Source: Gemmatimonadota bacterium (GTDB lineage: Bacteria; Gemmatimonadota; Gemmatimonadetes; Palauibacterales; Palauibacteraceae). Taken from it: a stretch of 64,000 nucleotides of DNA. Below the pieces are notes generated by a model. The model did not search any database, was not told the origin of the DNA, and was given only the letters and a program-made list of their open reading frames with translations. This document shows, one piece after another, positions 27,142-37,338 of this stretch. The stretch covers positions 87,926-151,925 of the forward strand of contig JAJDWE010000033.1 of the NCBI GenBank assembly GCA_022825725.1, read 5' to 3'. The position numbers and the translations under genes are program-made. Positions within the stretch are counted from its first letter, which is position 1, and the number at the start of each line of letters is the position of its first letter.

Positions 27142-29979
27142 CTAGGGGACCTTCGGCTCCGGTAGCAGCACAAACCGGGCGTACTGGTCGGTGCGGAGGT
27201 AACGGACGGCGGCCTGCCGCACCTGCTCCGCGGTCCAGCTCTCGATCCGCTCGTAGCTCGGTATCCCGTTCAGGTCCCGCCCGGCCCGTTCGAAGGAGGC
27301 CAGCTGCGACAGCCAGTACCGGTTCTCCTGCAGGCTCGTCTCCTTCCCGCGGCGCTGCGTCTCACGGACCTTGTCGACGGTCTCCGCGTCCGGTCCCTCC
27401 GCCTTCAGATTTTCGATCTCCTCGAACACGACGGCGGACAACTCCTCCGCCCGTTCCGGGTCCGAGCCGAAGGAGATGCTGAAGCGATACTCCTCGTCGG
27501 GCCGGTAGCTCAGCGACCCGCTGACGCCGACGCCGTAGGTGCCGCCGAGGTCCTCCCGCAGCACCTCCCGGAGGCGGATGTCCAGGACGTCCGCCATGGC
27601 CGAGATCGCGTTCGACTCCTCCAGCGAGTATTCCGCTTCGCCCGCGAAGATGATCTGCGTGCGGCTCTGCGGCTCCAGACCCTTGTAGACGGTCGTTTCG
27701 ATCGTCCCGGCCGGCGGATCGATCCCGATATCCCGCCAGCTCTCGACACGCCCGAGATTCGGAAGCGCCCCGAGATACTGTTCCACGAGCGGCCGGATCG
27801 CCGCGAGATCAAAGGCTCCCGTGAAGTAGAAGGTGAAGTCGCTCGCGTCCGCGAAACGGTCGAGGTAGACGTCGTACGCCGCGTCGAGGTCGGCCAGCTC
27901 CAGGTACTGCGCAAACTGCGAAAACCTGAGTACCCTCGGGTGCCCCTGCGACATCGTGGCCGAGATCGTGTCGGAAAACACGAAACCGGGATTCGCGCCC
28001 GCATTCGCGAGAAACGCCGTTTGCTGGGCCTTCAGCGCCTCGAACATCGTCTCGTCCCTGCGCGGCGAGGAGAAGTACAGGTAGATGAGTTGGAACGCGG
28101 TTTCCACGTCCTGCGGAGACGCCGATCCACTGACCCCCTCCGAGAGCGAACCGACCGAAGCGGTGACGCGCACCGCCTTGCCGGCCAGCTTCTTCGTCAA
28201 CGCCGTCTGGTCGAATTCGCCGACGCCGGACTGGCTCACGACGCCGAGGGCGAACGACACGCGTCGGTACAGGTCATCGGACAGGATCGACGTGCCGCCG
28301 GGGCTCGTCGCCGAGAAGAGGATCTCGTCGTCCTTGAAGTCCGTGGGCTTGAGGACGACCCGGACGCCGTTCTCGAGGGTCCATATCGTGACCCCCACCT
28401 CGTCGAGGACCTCCTCGCTCGCGACGGGCATGCCATCGGGAGCGACGGGAAGGAGCGGGGCATCGGCCGCCTCGTCCTCGTAGGCCTCGACCTCACGTCC
28501 CCCCACCGCGGCGAACACGCTCAGGAGGTCGTCTTCCGTTGGAGGTTCCAGGCCTTCTTTCGTGGGCGCGCTGGCGAGGACGACGCGTCCCTGCTCGGCC
28601 AGCCACGCCTGGGCGACGCCGTTCGTCTCCTCGAGCGTGATCCCGGGGAGGAAGGCGTCCACCAACTCCATCTGCGTCTCGAGATCGGGATAGGCGCTCC
28701 CCTGGAGAAACACCTGTATGTAGCGGCTCGCGAGCGCGCCGGACTCCTGGTTCTCCCGCTCGGCCAGACGGCGTTCGTATCTCCGCCGGGTGTTCGTCTT
28801 TTCGCGATCCAGCTCGCTCTCGGTGAACCCGTTCTGAACGACGCGCTCGGCCTCGGTGAGGAGCGCTTCGAGCCCGCGCTCGATCCCGCCCTCGGCGACG
28901 ACGGCGACGAGTTGGTAAGCATCCACGCCGCGCGCGAACTGCCCCTGACCCGAAAAACCGACCATGAACGGTGGGTCGGCCTGGAGCCGGAGTTCGTTCA
29001 GCCGCGCGTTCAGCATGCCGGAGTAGAGCCCTTCGACCAGCCCGCGGCGGAAGTCGCCGATGGTGCCGCGAGGGGCGGGCGGCTGCTTGTACAGCACGCC
29101 GACCTGGCTTCCCGGCGCCTCGGGGTCGGTCGCGATCGTGACGAGCGGTGGGTGGTCGATCGGGACTTCGACCGCGATCCGGGGACGCGGCTCCTCGGGC
29201 CCGGTCAGCCCCGCGAACCGCTCGCGGATCATCGCTTCCATATCGGCGCCATCGAAATCGCCGACAGCGACGATCGCCATCAGGTCCGGCCGGTACCAGT
29301 CTTCGTAGAAGCTGCGAAGCCGCTCGACGGGGGCCGTCTCGAGGAGTTCCGGCTTCCCGATCGGGAGTCGTTCCGCGTACAGCGACCCCTGGAACAGGAC
29401 CGGGAACTGCTGATCCTGTATCCGCGCTCCGGCTCCTCGACGGCCGCGCCATTCCTCGATCACAACCCCGCGCTCCTTGTCGACTTCCTCCGGGTCGAAG
29501 AGCACGCCCTGGGCCCAGTCTTCGAGGATCTGGAACGCCGTCGCGAGTGTCTCCGGGTCGTCCATCGGCACCTGGAGCATGTAGACCGTCTCGTCGAAGC
29601 TCGTGTACGCGTTGATATCGGGGCCGAACTGCATCCCGATCGACTCGAGATAGTCGACGAGCGCCTGCTTCTCGAAATTCTCCGTGCCGTTGAACGCCAT
29701 GTGCTCGACGAAGTGCGCGAACCCGAGCTGGTCCTCGTCCTCGAGGATGGAGCCCGCGTTCACGACGAGGCGCAGTTCCGCCCGGTTCTCCGGCTGATCG
29801 TTCTCGTGCACGAAGTAGCGCAGGCCGTTGTCCAGCGTCCCCGTGATGACGGCCGGATCCGGTGGAATCGGATCCGTCGGGGCCGCGGTCTGCGCCGCCG
29901 CTCCGGGAGCGGAGAGCGACGAGAGGAGGATGACGGCGATTGAAACGAAAGCGAAGCCGGACAAGCGGGGGATCTTCAT
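27142..29979 (-). CDS. Secreted M16-family zinc peptidase (pitrilysin/insulinase-like, active and inactive halves fused, 945 aa).
   Basis: Signal peptide MKIPRLSGFAFVSIAVILLSSLSAPGAAAQ. The inverted zincin motif HFVEHMAF (HxxEH) is near the N-terminus, and the second half is duplicated. Confidence 0.85.
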   Translation of the reverse strand: MKIPRLSGFAFVSIAVILLSSLSAPGAAAQTAAPTDPIPPDPAVITGTLDNGLRYFVHENDQPENRAELRLVVNAGSILEDEDQLGFAHFVEHMAFNGTENFEKQALVDYLESIGMQFGPDINAYTSFDETVYMLQVPMDDPETLATAFQILEDWAQGVLFDPEEVDKERGVVIEEWRGRRGAGARIQDQQFPVLFQGSLYAERLPIGKPELLETAPVERLRSFYEDWYRPDLMAIVAVGDFDGADMEAMIRERFAGLTGPEEPRPRIAVEVPIDHPPLVTIATDPEAPGSQVGVLYKQPPAPRGTIGDFRRGLVEGLYSGMLNARLNELRLQADPPFMVGFSGQGQFARGVDAYQLVAVVAEGGIERGLEALLTEAERVVQNGFTESELDREKTNTRRRYERRLAERENQESGALASRYIQVFLQGSAYPDLETQMELVDAFLPGITLEETNGVAQAWLAEQGRVVLASAPTKEGLEPPTEDDLLSVFAAVGGREVEAYEDEAADAPLLPVAPDGMPVASEEVLDEVGVTIWTLENGVRVVLKPTDFKDDEILFSATSPGGTSILSDDLYRRVSFALGVVSQSGVGEFDQTALTKKLAGKAVRVTASVGSLSEGVSGSASPQDVETAFQLIYLYFSSPRRDETMFEALKAQQTAFLANAGANPGFVFSDTISATMSQGHPRVLRFSQFAQYLELADLDAAYDVYLDRFADASDFTFYFTGAFDLAAIRPLVEQYLGALPNLGRVESWRDIGIDPPAGTIETTVYKGLEPQSRTQIIFAGEAEYSLEESNAISAMADVLDIRLREVLREDLGGTYGVGVSGSLSYRPDEEYRFSISFGSDPERAEELSAVVFEEIENLKAEGPDAETVDKVRETQRRGKETSLQENRYWLSQLASFERAGRDLNGIPSYERIESWTAEQVRQAAVRYLRTDQYARFVLLPEPKVP

Positions 29980-30191
29980 CTATGACTCTCGGCAGAGGGA
30001 GCGGCCTTCAGTGTCGAAGCCCGGCAAGATAGCCGACCTTCCCTGGGAGCGCATACAGCGGCGCGAGGGGGGCATGCGGGTCTGGCCGGACTCGAGCGCC
30101 GGATGCGACACTGGTGGACGTTGGGTGATCTGGTCCGAAAGAACGGGAAGAGGGAAGGGGAGGAACGAGTCGTGCTCAACCTCGGTTCGAC

Positions 30192-31178
30192 ATGAGATGG
30201 CGCAGCGTCTTCACGCTGGCGAAAGTCGTCGGCTGTATCCTTGCCACCGTCGCCGTCATCGCGGCACTCGCCTGGTCGCAGGCCCAGCCCTCCACCTCGA
30301 CCGTGGTTGACGAGACGGGCGGCATCGGCACGGAATCTGCCGCGCCTTCGGACGGAACCGCCTGGGCCTCGGACGACTGGGCGATCTTCGAGGAGAGAGT
30401 GCGGTTTGCCGCGGAGCGCGGGCTCGCGGAGATGGAGCTGGGCGAGGCCATCGTGCAGCTTGCCGAGACCTTCGTCGGGACGACGTACGAACCCGGCACG
30501 CTCGAAGTCCCCGGACCCGAGCGCCTCGTGATCAACTTCCGCGAACTCGACTGCGTGACGCTCGTCGAGACCGTCCTCGCCCTGACGCGGTTCGTCCGCG
30601 AGGAGGGCGTCGAGGCCCTTTCGGATCCGCCCGGCGCGCAGGCCCGTTACGAGGCCCACCTGACGGCGCTCCGATACCGCGGGGGCCGGCTCGACGGGTA
30701 CCCGAGCCGCCTGCACTACTTCTCGGAGTGGCTCGCGGACAACGAAGCCCGGGGGATCGTGCGCATCGCGACCGGGGAACTGGACCCCGCCATCGATCCG
30801 GAGCCCGTGAACTTCATGTCCCGGCACCCCGAAGCGTATCGGCAACTCTCGGAGCCCGGCGTGCTCCAGGCCATCGCGGCCACCGAGGCGCGGCTCGACG
30901 AGGGGCCCGGCCGCGAATACGTGCCGCAGGATCGGATCGCGCAGGTGGCGGACCGGATCCGCAACGGCGACGTGATCGCGGCCACTTCGACCGTCGAAGG
31001 GCTGGACGTCGCCCACACCGGATTCGCCGTGTGGCGCGACGGGGCGCTTCACCTCCTCCACGCTCCCCTCGTCGGAAGGTCCGTGGAGATTTCGGAGCGG
31101 CCGCTGGCGGAACGGATCCTCTCCATCGACGCGCAGGACGGCATCATGGTCGCCCGCCCCGTCGAGCCGCCTCGCTAG
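30192..31178 (+). CDS. DUF1460 domain protein (secreted/anchored, unknown function).
   Basis: N-terminal TM/signal. TFVGTTYEPGTLE...ELDCVTLVETVLAL is the DUF1460 signature region. Confidence 0.55.
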   Translation: MRWRSVFTLAKVVGCILATVAVIAALAWSQAQPSTSTVVDETGGIGTESAAPSDGTAWASDDWAIFEERVRFAAERGLAEMELGEAIVQLAETFVGTTYEPGTLEVPGPERLVINFRELDCVTLVETVLALTRFVREEGVEALSDPPGAQARYEAHLTALRYRGGRLDGYPSRLHYFSEWLADNEARGIVRIATGELDPAIDPEPVNFMSRHPEAYRQLSEPGVLQAIAATEARLDEGPGREYVPQDRIAQVADRIRNGDVIAATSTVEGLDVAHTGFAVWRDGALHLLHAPLVGRSVEISERPLAERILSIDAQDGIMVARPVEPPR

Positions 31179-34100
31179 TTGATCGTGTAGGTCATGCCGG
31201 CCTTGATCCGCCGTCCCTTGGGATCGTGCGTGAGGCCGTCGTACGACCCCTCCTGATTCACGAGGGGGGGCGCCGAATCGAACAGGTTGAAGCCCGTCAC
31301 GAAGGCGTCGATGTTGTCCGTCAGCCTCATCATCAGCGTGGCATCGAAGGTGCCGAAGGCGTCGATCACGCGGTGGGCGTACGCCGGATCGCCCGCGTTG
31401 AGGTCGTCCTCGTAGGAGGAGATGTAGTTGACGTTGCCGATGGCCGAGTAGCGGGCGCCGTGGTATCCGACCGATGCCGACCACTTCCACCGGGGCAGCG
31501 GCCAGGCGAGCGGATTGAAACGGTTGAGCTTCCCGGCCCCCTCCGTCCCGCTCACCAGCTCCACGTTGTTGTACTGGAGCGCCTTGATGTCGTAGGTGCG
31601 CGTGTAGGTGCCGTCGATTCCGAGCGAAAGCTCGCCGTTTCCGAGCGTGCGGCGCGTGGACAGACTCCAGTCGAAGCCCGAGGTCTGCATGCCGGGCCAG
31701 TTGACCAGGTCGATCCGGATGCGCTCGATGAGGGCCGAGTCGCAGGTCCCCGTGTTCCACCCGTCCGGGCACTTCACGAACTCCTGCACGGCGGCGCGGC
31801 TCGCCCCGCCCTCGTGATAGAGGCGCGTGATGCTCGAATGGGGAATCACGTTGATCACGTCCCTGAAGTCGTACGTCCAGTAATCGAACGTCGCCTGCAG
31901 GCGGCTCGGGAAGTGGAAGAAGATGAGTCCCACGTTGCCGGTCGTTGCCCGCTCCGGCTCGAGGTCGGGGTTTCCGAAGGTGTCCACCGCCTTGTAGACG
32001 TCGACCTCCTGCACGTACTCGAGCGCCGTGATCTGGTCCGTGTTCACGTCATCCACCGACGGGACGCGGAAAGTGGACTGGAGCGAACCGCGCAGGGACA
32101 GCTGGTGATCGCCCGATTCGGACAGTCTCAGCCGAAGGGACATCTTCGGGTCGAAGCTGCTTGCGACATCGTGGAACTCGTAGTTGGCGGCCACCTGTAC
32201 ATCGAACCGGTCCCCGAAACTGAGCGGAATCTCGCCGTAGAAGCGGTGCAACGTCTGCCCGTCTTCATACGGGAAATACCCCGTTGTGAAGGTGAACGGC
32301 CCCGCCTGCTCGAGGCAGGTCCGATCTCCGGGCACCTGGCAGGGGTTGATCGCCTGGTTGCCCGGGTCGTTGGGGGTCCCCGTTACGTCGAAGCGGCGGA
32401 ACTGATAGCCGAGGGCGTAGCCGAGCGTCTCCGTGAACTGGCCGGTGAAGGTGGCCTCCGCCACGAACAGGTCGGCGGTGTTGAAGAGATCGACTTCCTC
32501 ATTGATCCAGTCTATGAGCTCCGCGGAGTTGGCCCCGCCGGCCACGTAGCCCGGGTTGTCGGCGCCGGTGTAGCGCGTCCCCGGCTGCTCGGCGCGCTGG
32601 ATCGCGTTGCTGAACGGGTTGTAGAACATGCAGTTGCCCTGTCCGGCCACGGCGCCGCCCGTCGGGCCGAGCGACATGCCGGAGGGCGATGTCGGATCCA
32701 CAACCACGTCGACGCCGCAGTTCGGGCCCCCGAAGCCGCGGAAGGCGAGGTGTTTCCGGTAGGCGTACTCGGCGGGCTGGTTGACGTTGCCCGACGCCCG
32801 CGAATAGCTGACCGAGAGGTCCAGGTGGCCCCCGGTCGCCTCGAAGTAACGGTCCAGCGAGGCCGCGATCCTCTGGGTGCGCGACGACCGGTGCAGCGTG
32901 CGTCCGGGGCCGCTGTTCCCCACCATCCGCCCGTAGAAGTACCAGTCATCCTCCAGGCAGTCGGCGGCGGAAGCGAACCCGGCGTGGGCCGCGTTGGCGG
33001 CGCAGAACGCCTGGCGTCCCGGGTTCGCGGACGGCACGATCTGGTTCCCGTCGTACAGTGAGATCGGCGGGAACGAGGGCGTCGTGAGCCAGTCGGGGAT
33101 CGTGGCCTCGGACCACAGGCCCTCGAGATGGAGCGTCGTGCCCGTGCCCAGTTCGGTGTTGATCTCGCCGAAGGCCCGTATGTGGTTCTGCTTGTCGATC
33201 AGGTTGTCGTACGGCTGGTAGCGGAACCGGCACGTGACGCCTTCGTTCACGCCGCCGAAGTTCTCGCACTCCGGATCCACGAACAGGTTCGGGTTGGCGC
33301 CGAACTGCGAATCGATGAGCGCGCTCACGAACTGCGCGGGGGTCTCGTTCCCGGTCAGCGTGGGCATCAGGAACGCGCCGGGGTTCCCGTAATAGGACCA
33401 GCCGCCCCCGCCGGGTCCCGGATAGGGCCGCAGACCCCAATCACGCTCCTGGGGCCTGAGTTCCCGCCGCGCCGCCCATTCGGCGGAGAGGACGATGTTC
33501 GTCGACCCCATGCGTCCGCCCCATATCGCGGCCGCGTTCGAGTCTCCCGCCCCGCTGAAGTAGTCGTGCGCCGCGGTGACCTCGAAGCCCTCGAAATCCC
33601 GTCGCGTGACGAAGTTCGCCACGCCGGCCACCGCGTCGGAGCCGTAGATCGCGGAGGCTCCCTCCTTCAGCACTTCGATCCGGTCCAGCGCGATGGAGGG
33701 AAAGGCGTTCACGTCCACGAACCGACCGCCGGGAAGCCGCGACGGCGTGTACACCTGGCGGCGTCCGTTGAGCAGCACCAGCGTGCGCGAAGCCCCGAGA
33801 CCCCTGAGGTTGACGCTGGCCACGCTCTCGGGGATCAGCGCACCGCTGCGGTTGTACCAGCTGTTCCGTTCCCCGAGGGACCCGTGGTTGGCCCCGAGCC
33901 GCTTGAAGAAGTCCACGACCAGCGGCGATCCCTCCTCCTGCATCTCCTCGCGGGTCGACACGTCCACCGCGTACGGAAGATTGATCGGCGGTGCCTCGAA
34001 GTGCGTGCCCGTCACGACCGCCGTCAGTTCCGCGAGCGTCACGGTTCGCAGGGAGACGAGTTCCACGTCGACGACGGTTCGTGCGCCGGCCGTCACCGCG

Positions 34101-34399
34101 ACGCCCGCCCGTGTCTCGAGCGAGAAGCCGGGATAGACGAACCGCAGCGTATAGCTCCCCGTGGGGAGCCCGGTAAGGGCGTAGACCCCCTCCGCGGAGG
34201 TGAGCGCCGTGCGCGACTCGTCGCCGAGCGCCGGGCCCGTGGCCGTCACGCTCACCGTGGGCAGGCCGAGGCCGCTCTCGTCCGCGACGGTCCCGCCGAT
34301 GGCGCCTTCCTGCGCGGGGGCGGCCGCCGGCGATGCAAGCGCAAGAGCGGTAGCGAGGGTGACTCTGAGCATGCTCTTTCTCTCGATCTTCATGGTCAT
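31175..34399 (-). CDS. TonB-dependent outer membrane receptor with N-terminal carboxypeptidase-regulatory-like domain.
   Basis: Signal peptide, then GTVADESGLGLPTVSVTATGP...GVYALTGLPTGSYTLRF (CarbopepD_reg-like), a plug domain (IEVLKEGASAIYGSDAVAGVANFVTR) and a beta-barrel ending in an aromatic C-terminus (...AGMTYTIN). Confidence 0.85.
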   Translation of the reverse strand: MTMKIERKSMLRVTLATALALASPAAAPAQEGAIGGTVADESGLGLPTVSVTATGPALGDESRTALTSAEGVYALTGLPTGSYTLRFVYPGFSLETRAGVAVTAGARTVVDVELVSLRTVTLAELTAVVTGTHFEAPPINLPYAVDVSTREEMQEEGSPLVVDFFKRLGANHGSLGERNSWYNRSGALIPESVASVNLRGLGASRTLVLLNGRRQVYTPSRLPGGRFVDVNAFPSIALDRIEVLKEGASAIYGSDAVAGVANFVTRRDFEGFEVTAAHDYFSGAGDSNAAAIWGGRMGSTNIVLSAEWAARRELRPQERDWGLRPYPGPGGGGWSYYGNPGAFLMPTLTGNETPAQFVSALIDSQFGANPNLFVDPECENFGGVNEGVTCRFRYQPYDNLIDKQNHIRAFGEINTELGTGTTLHLEGLWSEATIPDWLTTPSFPPISLYDGNQIVPSANPGRQAFCAANAAHAGFASAADCLEDDWYFYGRMVGNSGPGRTLHRSSRTQRIAASLDRYFEATGGHLDLSVSYSRASGNVNQPAEYAYRKHLAFRGFGGPNCGVDVVVDPTSPSGMSLGPTGGAVAGQGNCMFYNPFSNAIQRAEQPGTRYTGADNPGYVAGGANSAELIDWINEEVDLFNTADLFVAEATFTGQFTETLGYALGYQFRRFDVTGTPNDPGNQAINPCQVPGDRTCLEQAGPFTFTTGYFPYEDGQTLHRFYGEIPLSFGDRFDVQVAANYEFHDVASSFDPKMSLRLRLSESGDHQLSLRGSLQSTFRVPSVDDVNTDQITALEYVQEVDVYKAVDTFGNPDLEPERATTGNVGLIFFHFPSRLQATFDYWTYDFRDVINVIPHSSITRLYHEGGASRAAVQEFVKCPDGWNTGTCDSALIERIRIDLVNWPGMQTSGFDWSLSTRRTLGNGELSLGIDGTYTRTYDIKALQYNNVELVSGTEGAGKLNRFNPLAWPLPRWKWSASVGYHGARYSAIGNVNYISSYEDDLNAGDPAYAHRVIDAFGTFDATLMMRLTDNIDAFVTGFNLFDSAPPLVNQEGSYDGLTHDPKGRRIKAGMTYTIN

Positions 34400-36033
34400 C
34401 GCATCTCCGGGAAACCGTCCGGGGGACGGCGGTGTCGTGTCGCATGTTCGTATCCGTACGCGAGCCGGAAGAGAAGCCCTTCGTCGTACGGCCGGGCAAG
34501 AATCTGCAGTCCCGCCGGAAGCTCTCCGTAAGTGTACCCCATCGGGACCGTGATCGCGGGCATCCCGGTGGCGGGAGCCACGCGCTGGCTGTTGTCGCCG
34601 CAGTATTCCTCATCCCCCCTGTCGATAGGGGCGGGCACGCAGAGCCACGACGGATAAAGGATCGCGTCCAGGCGTTCGTCATCCATCGCTTCCACGAGGC
34701 TCGCCAGGTACGCCTGGCGGCCCTCGTTCTCCGCGTAGTCCGGGCACGGCTCGTCCCACTCGGACGGATGTACGTCGAGCGGGGCTCCCTCGTTCCGCCG
34801 CAACGACGCCTGCGCGTAGTCGGAGTATCGTCCGTCCTCCAGCACCTCCAGGACATCCGTCATCGGCGCCGCCGGGCCCAGCGACCGCAGATAGACCCAC
34901 ATGTCGTAGCGGAAGCGGCGGCAGAACATCCCCTCCCGCCCCAGCTCCGCCGCGACGTCGAACTCGAAGGGGTCCACGATCTCGGCTCCCAGCGCCGCGA
35001 AGTCGACGAGGGCCGCTTCGAAGAGCGCGAGAATCTCCCCATCGGTCTCCTCCGGATCCGCCAGCGCGCGCAGGACGCCGATCCTCGCGCCCCGCGCCCC
35101 GTCGGCGTCCAGGAAGGCCGTGTAGTCCTCCTCCGCGCGGCCGCGTCCCGCTTCCGTGTACGGATCTGCGGAATCGTACCCGGCCACGACATTGAAAACG
35201 CGCGCGACGTCCTCCACGGTCCGGCCCATCGGGCCCGCGATATCGCGGTCGAAGGAGAGGGGGATGACGCCATCGCGGCTCGTGAGGCCGATCGTCGAAC
35301 GGATCCCGACCAGGGCGAGGTGGGAGCTGGGTCCGCGGATCGAGTTGCCCGTGTCGCTGCCCAGCCCGATGACGCCGAACGAGGCGGCGACCCCGGAGGC
35401 CGTTCCCCCGCTGGACCCGGCCGGGACGCGGTCGAGGGCGTAGGCGTTGCGCGTCGTGTCGAAGGAGGAACTGACGGACTGACGCGGACTGAACGCCCAT
35501 TCCGCCATGTTGGTCTTGGCGATCACGATCGCGTCCGCCTCGCGGATCTTCCGCACCATGAAGGCGTCGTCGGGCGGAAGGTTCTCCGCGAGCGCGATGG
35601 ACCCTCCCGTCGTGACCATGTCGTGCGTGTCGAAGTTGTCCTTGACGAGCATCGGGACACAGAAGAGCGGTCCCATCGTCTCGCCGGCGGCCTGCGCCGC
35701 GTCGAGCCGATCCGCGCGTTCGAGAGCCCGGGGGTTGAGCACGGTGATCGCGTTGATCGCGTCTTCGTAGGCCGCGACCCGGTCGAGATGCCGCTGCACG
35801 ACCGCGCGGCAGGTCGTCGTCCCGTCGCGGATCGCCGCCTGCACGTCGCCGATCGTCGCCTCCACAACCTCGAAGACCGAGTCGGCGTCGGCGCGGGGTT
35901 GGGGAGTGCACGCAACCCACCCCATCCCGAGCGCAGCGGACAGTAAGGCCGGGATTGAGCGGTGCTTCCGCTGGACACCGTTGACGGTCCACAGACGGCA
36001 AGGTGTCCCGGGTGCGTTGCTCCTCGGTCGCAT
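34396..36033 (-). CDS. Amidase-signature family amidase (secreted).
   Basis: GGSSGGTASGVAASFGVIGLGSDTGNSIRGPSS is the AS-family Gly/Ser-rich signature, with Ser-cisSer-Lys. The start is uncertain (ATG at 36033 or GTG at 36057). It overlaps the TonB receptor start by 4 bp. Confidence 0.8.
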   Translation of the reverse strand: MRPRSNAPGTPCRLWTVNGVQRKHRSIPALLSAALGMGWVACTPQPRADADSVFEVVEATIGDVQAAIRDGTTTCRAVVQRHLDRVAAYEDAINAITVLNPRALERADRLDAAQAAGETMGPLFCVPMLVKDNFDTHDMVTTGGSIALAENLPPDDAFMVRKIREADAIVIAKTNMAEWAFSPRQSVSSSFDTTRNAYALDRVPAGSSGGTASGVAASFGVIGLGSDTGNSIRGPSSHLALVGIRSTIGLTSRDGVIPLSFDRDIAGPMGRTVEDVARVFNVVAGYDSADPYTEAGRGRAEEDYTAFLDADGARGARIGVLRALADPEETDGEILALFEAALVDFAALGAEIVDPFEFDVAAELGREGMFCRRFRYDMWVYLRSLGPAAPMTDVLEVLEDGRYSDYAQASLRRNEGAPLDVHPSEWDEPCPDYAENEGRQAYLASLVEAMDDERLDAILYPSWLCVPAPIDRGDEEYCGDNSQRVAPATGMPAITVPMGYTYGELPAGLQILARPYDEGLLFRLAYGYEHATRHRRPPDGFPEMR

Positions 36034-36093
36034 ACAACTAAACTTGCCAAATCGCACCGATATGCCAAGCGCCGGAACCGCGAGGTGTCGCCG

Positions 36094-37302
36094 ATGAAGC
36101 GGAGAATCGAGACCGCCCTCTTCACCCGTCGAGATTTTGTTCGTGCCGCCAGCGCGGGACCCGCCGCGGCCTGGCTCGCCGCCTGCGGCCGCGCGGAAGA
36201 CGCGGGGTCATCGACGGACGCCGAAGCCGCCATCGCCTCCCGCGGGGAGCGGCCGCCCCGGTGGGCGAAGGATCCAGCGCCCTTCATCCAGCGCACCCTG
36301 AATCTCGAAACGCGGCTCGAACTCGTCGACGGGTTCATCACGCCGAACGAGCTGTTCTTCGTCCGAAACCATTCGCCCACGCCGGCGATCGATCCGGAGG
36401 GCTACTCGCTTCGCGTGGAGGGGGACGGCGCCGAGACCGAACTGCGGCTCGACCTGTCCACCCTCGAGTCGCTGCCGCAGCACACGATCACCGCTTACCT
36501 GGAGTGCGCCGGCAACTGGCGGGGTCTGTATCCGGAACTCACCGGCACCCGCGCGAGCGGCGGCCAGTGGACGACCGGAGCCGTGGGGTGCGCGGAGTGG
36601 TCGGGGCCGTCGCTCGCCACGGTGCTCGACCTGGCCGGCGTGCGGCCGGAAACGGTCGATGTGAATCTCGTGGGGCTGGACAGCACCGGATTCGAGCGCG
36701 CCATGCCGCTCGCGAAGGCGCGGGATCCCGACACCATCATCGCGCTGCGCATGAACGGCGAGCCGCTTCCCGCGGATCACGGGTTCCCGGCGCGATCCGT
36801 CGTTCCCGGATGGTCGGGGTCCAGCAGCATCAAGTGGCTGGGGTCCATCCAGCTCTCCACCGAGCAGGTGTGGAACGCGAACAACACGTCGTCCTACGTC
36901 CTCATCGGCGACGAGTGGCCGGCGGAGGAGCATGCGCCCGCGCAGGGGGCGGTGATCACGGAACTCGTCGTGAAGAGTGCGCTGGCCCTTCCGAGGCCTG
37001 CGCAACTGGCTCCGGGATCCCATGTCCTCCACGGGTTCGCGCACGCGCCGGCGGGACCGGTATCCGCCGTCGAATGGAGTCCGGATGGCGGAACGACGTG
37101 GATGGAGGCAGAGATCGTGGATCCGATTCTGCCCCTCGCGTGGCAACGCTTCGAGTTCGAGTGGGACGCGACCCCGGGGGCGCACACGCTGGCCACCCGA
37201 GCCACGGACGCGGCGGGGAATACGCAGCCGGACGAGCCTCTGATGAACGAAAAGGGCTACCTGCTGAACGTCCCGCTCCCGCACCCCGTGCAGGTGGAGT
37301 GA
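36094..37302 (+). CDS. Sulfite-oxidase-family molybdopterin oxidoreductase (Tat-exported, SorA/SO-like with dimerisation domain).
   Basis: Tat motif RRDFVRAASAG. Mo-domain blocks (FFVRNHSPTPAID, ITAYLECAGNWRG with the Mo-ligand Cys, HGFPARSVVPGWSGSSSIKWL), followed by an Ig-like C-terminal domain. Confidence 0.8.
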   Translation: MKRRIETALFTRRDFVRAASAGPAAAWLAACGRAEDAGSSTDAEAAIASRGERPPRWAKDPAPFIQRTLNLETRLELVDGFITPNELFFVRNHSPTPAIDPEGYSLRVEGDGAETELRLDLSTLESLPQHTITAYLECAGNWRGLYPELTGTRASGGQWTTGAVGCAEWSGPSLATVLDLAGVRPETVDVNLVGLDSTGFERAMPLAKARDPDTIIALRMNGEPLPADHGFPARSVVPGWSGSSSIKWLGSIQLSTEQVWNANNTSSYVLIGDEWPAEEHAPAQGAVITELVVKSALALPRPAQLAPGSHVLHGFAHAPAGPVSAVEWSPDGGTTWMEAEIVDPILPLAWQRFEFEWDATPGAHTLATRATDAAGNTQPDEPLMNEKGYLLNVPLPHPVQVE

Positions 37303-37338
37303 AGCGGCCCCGGACGCGCTGACGGAGCCCGAATCGCC

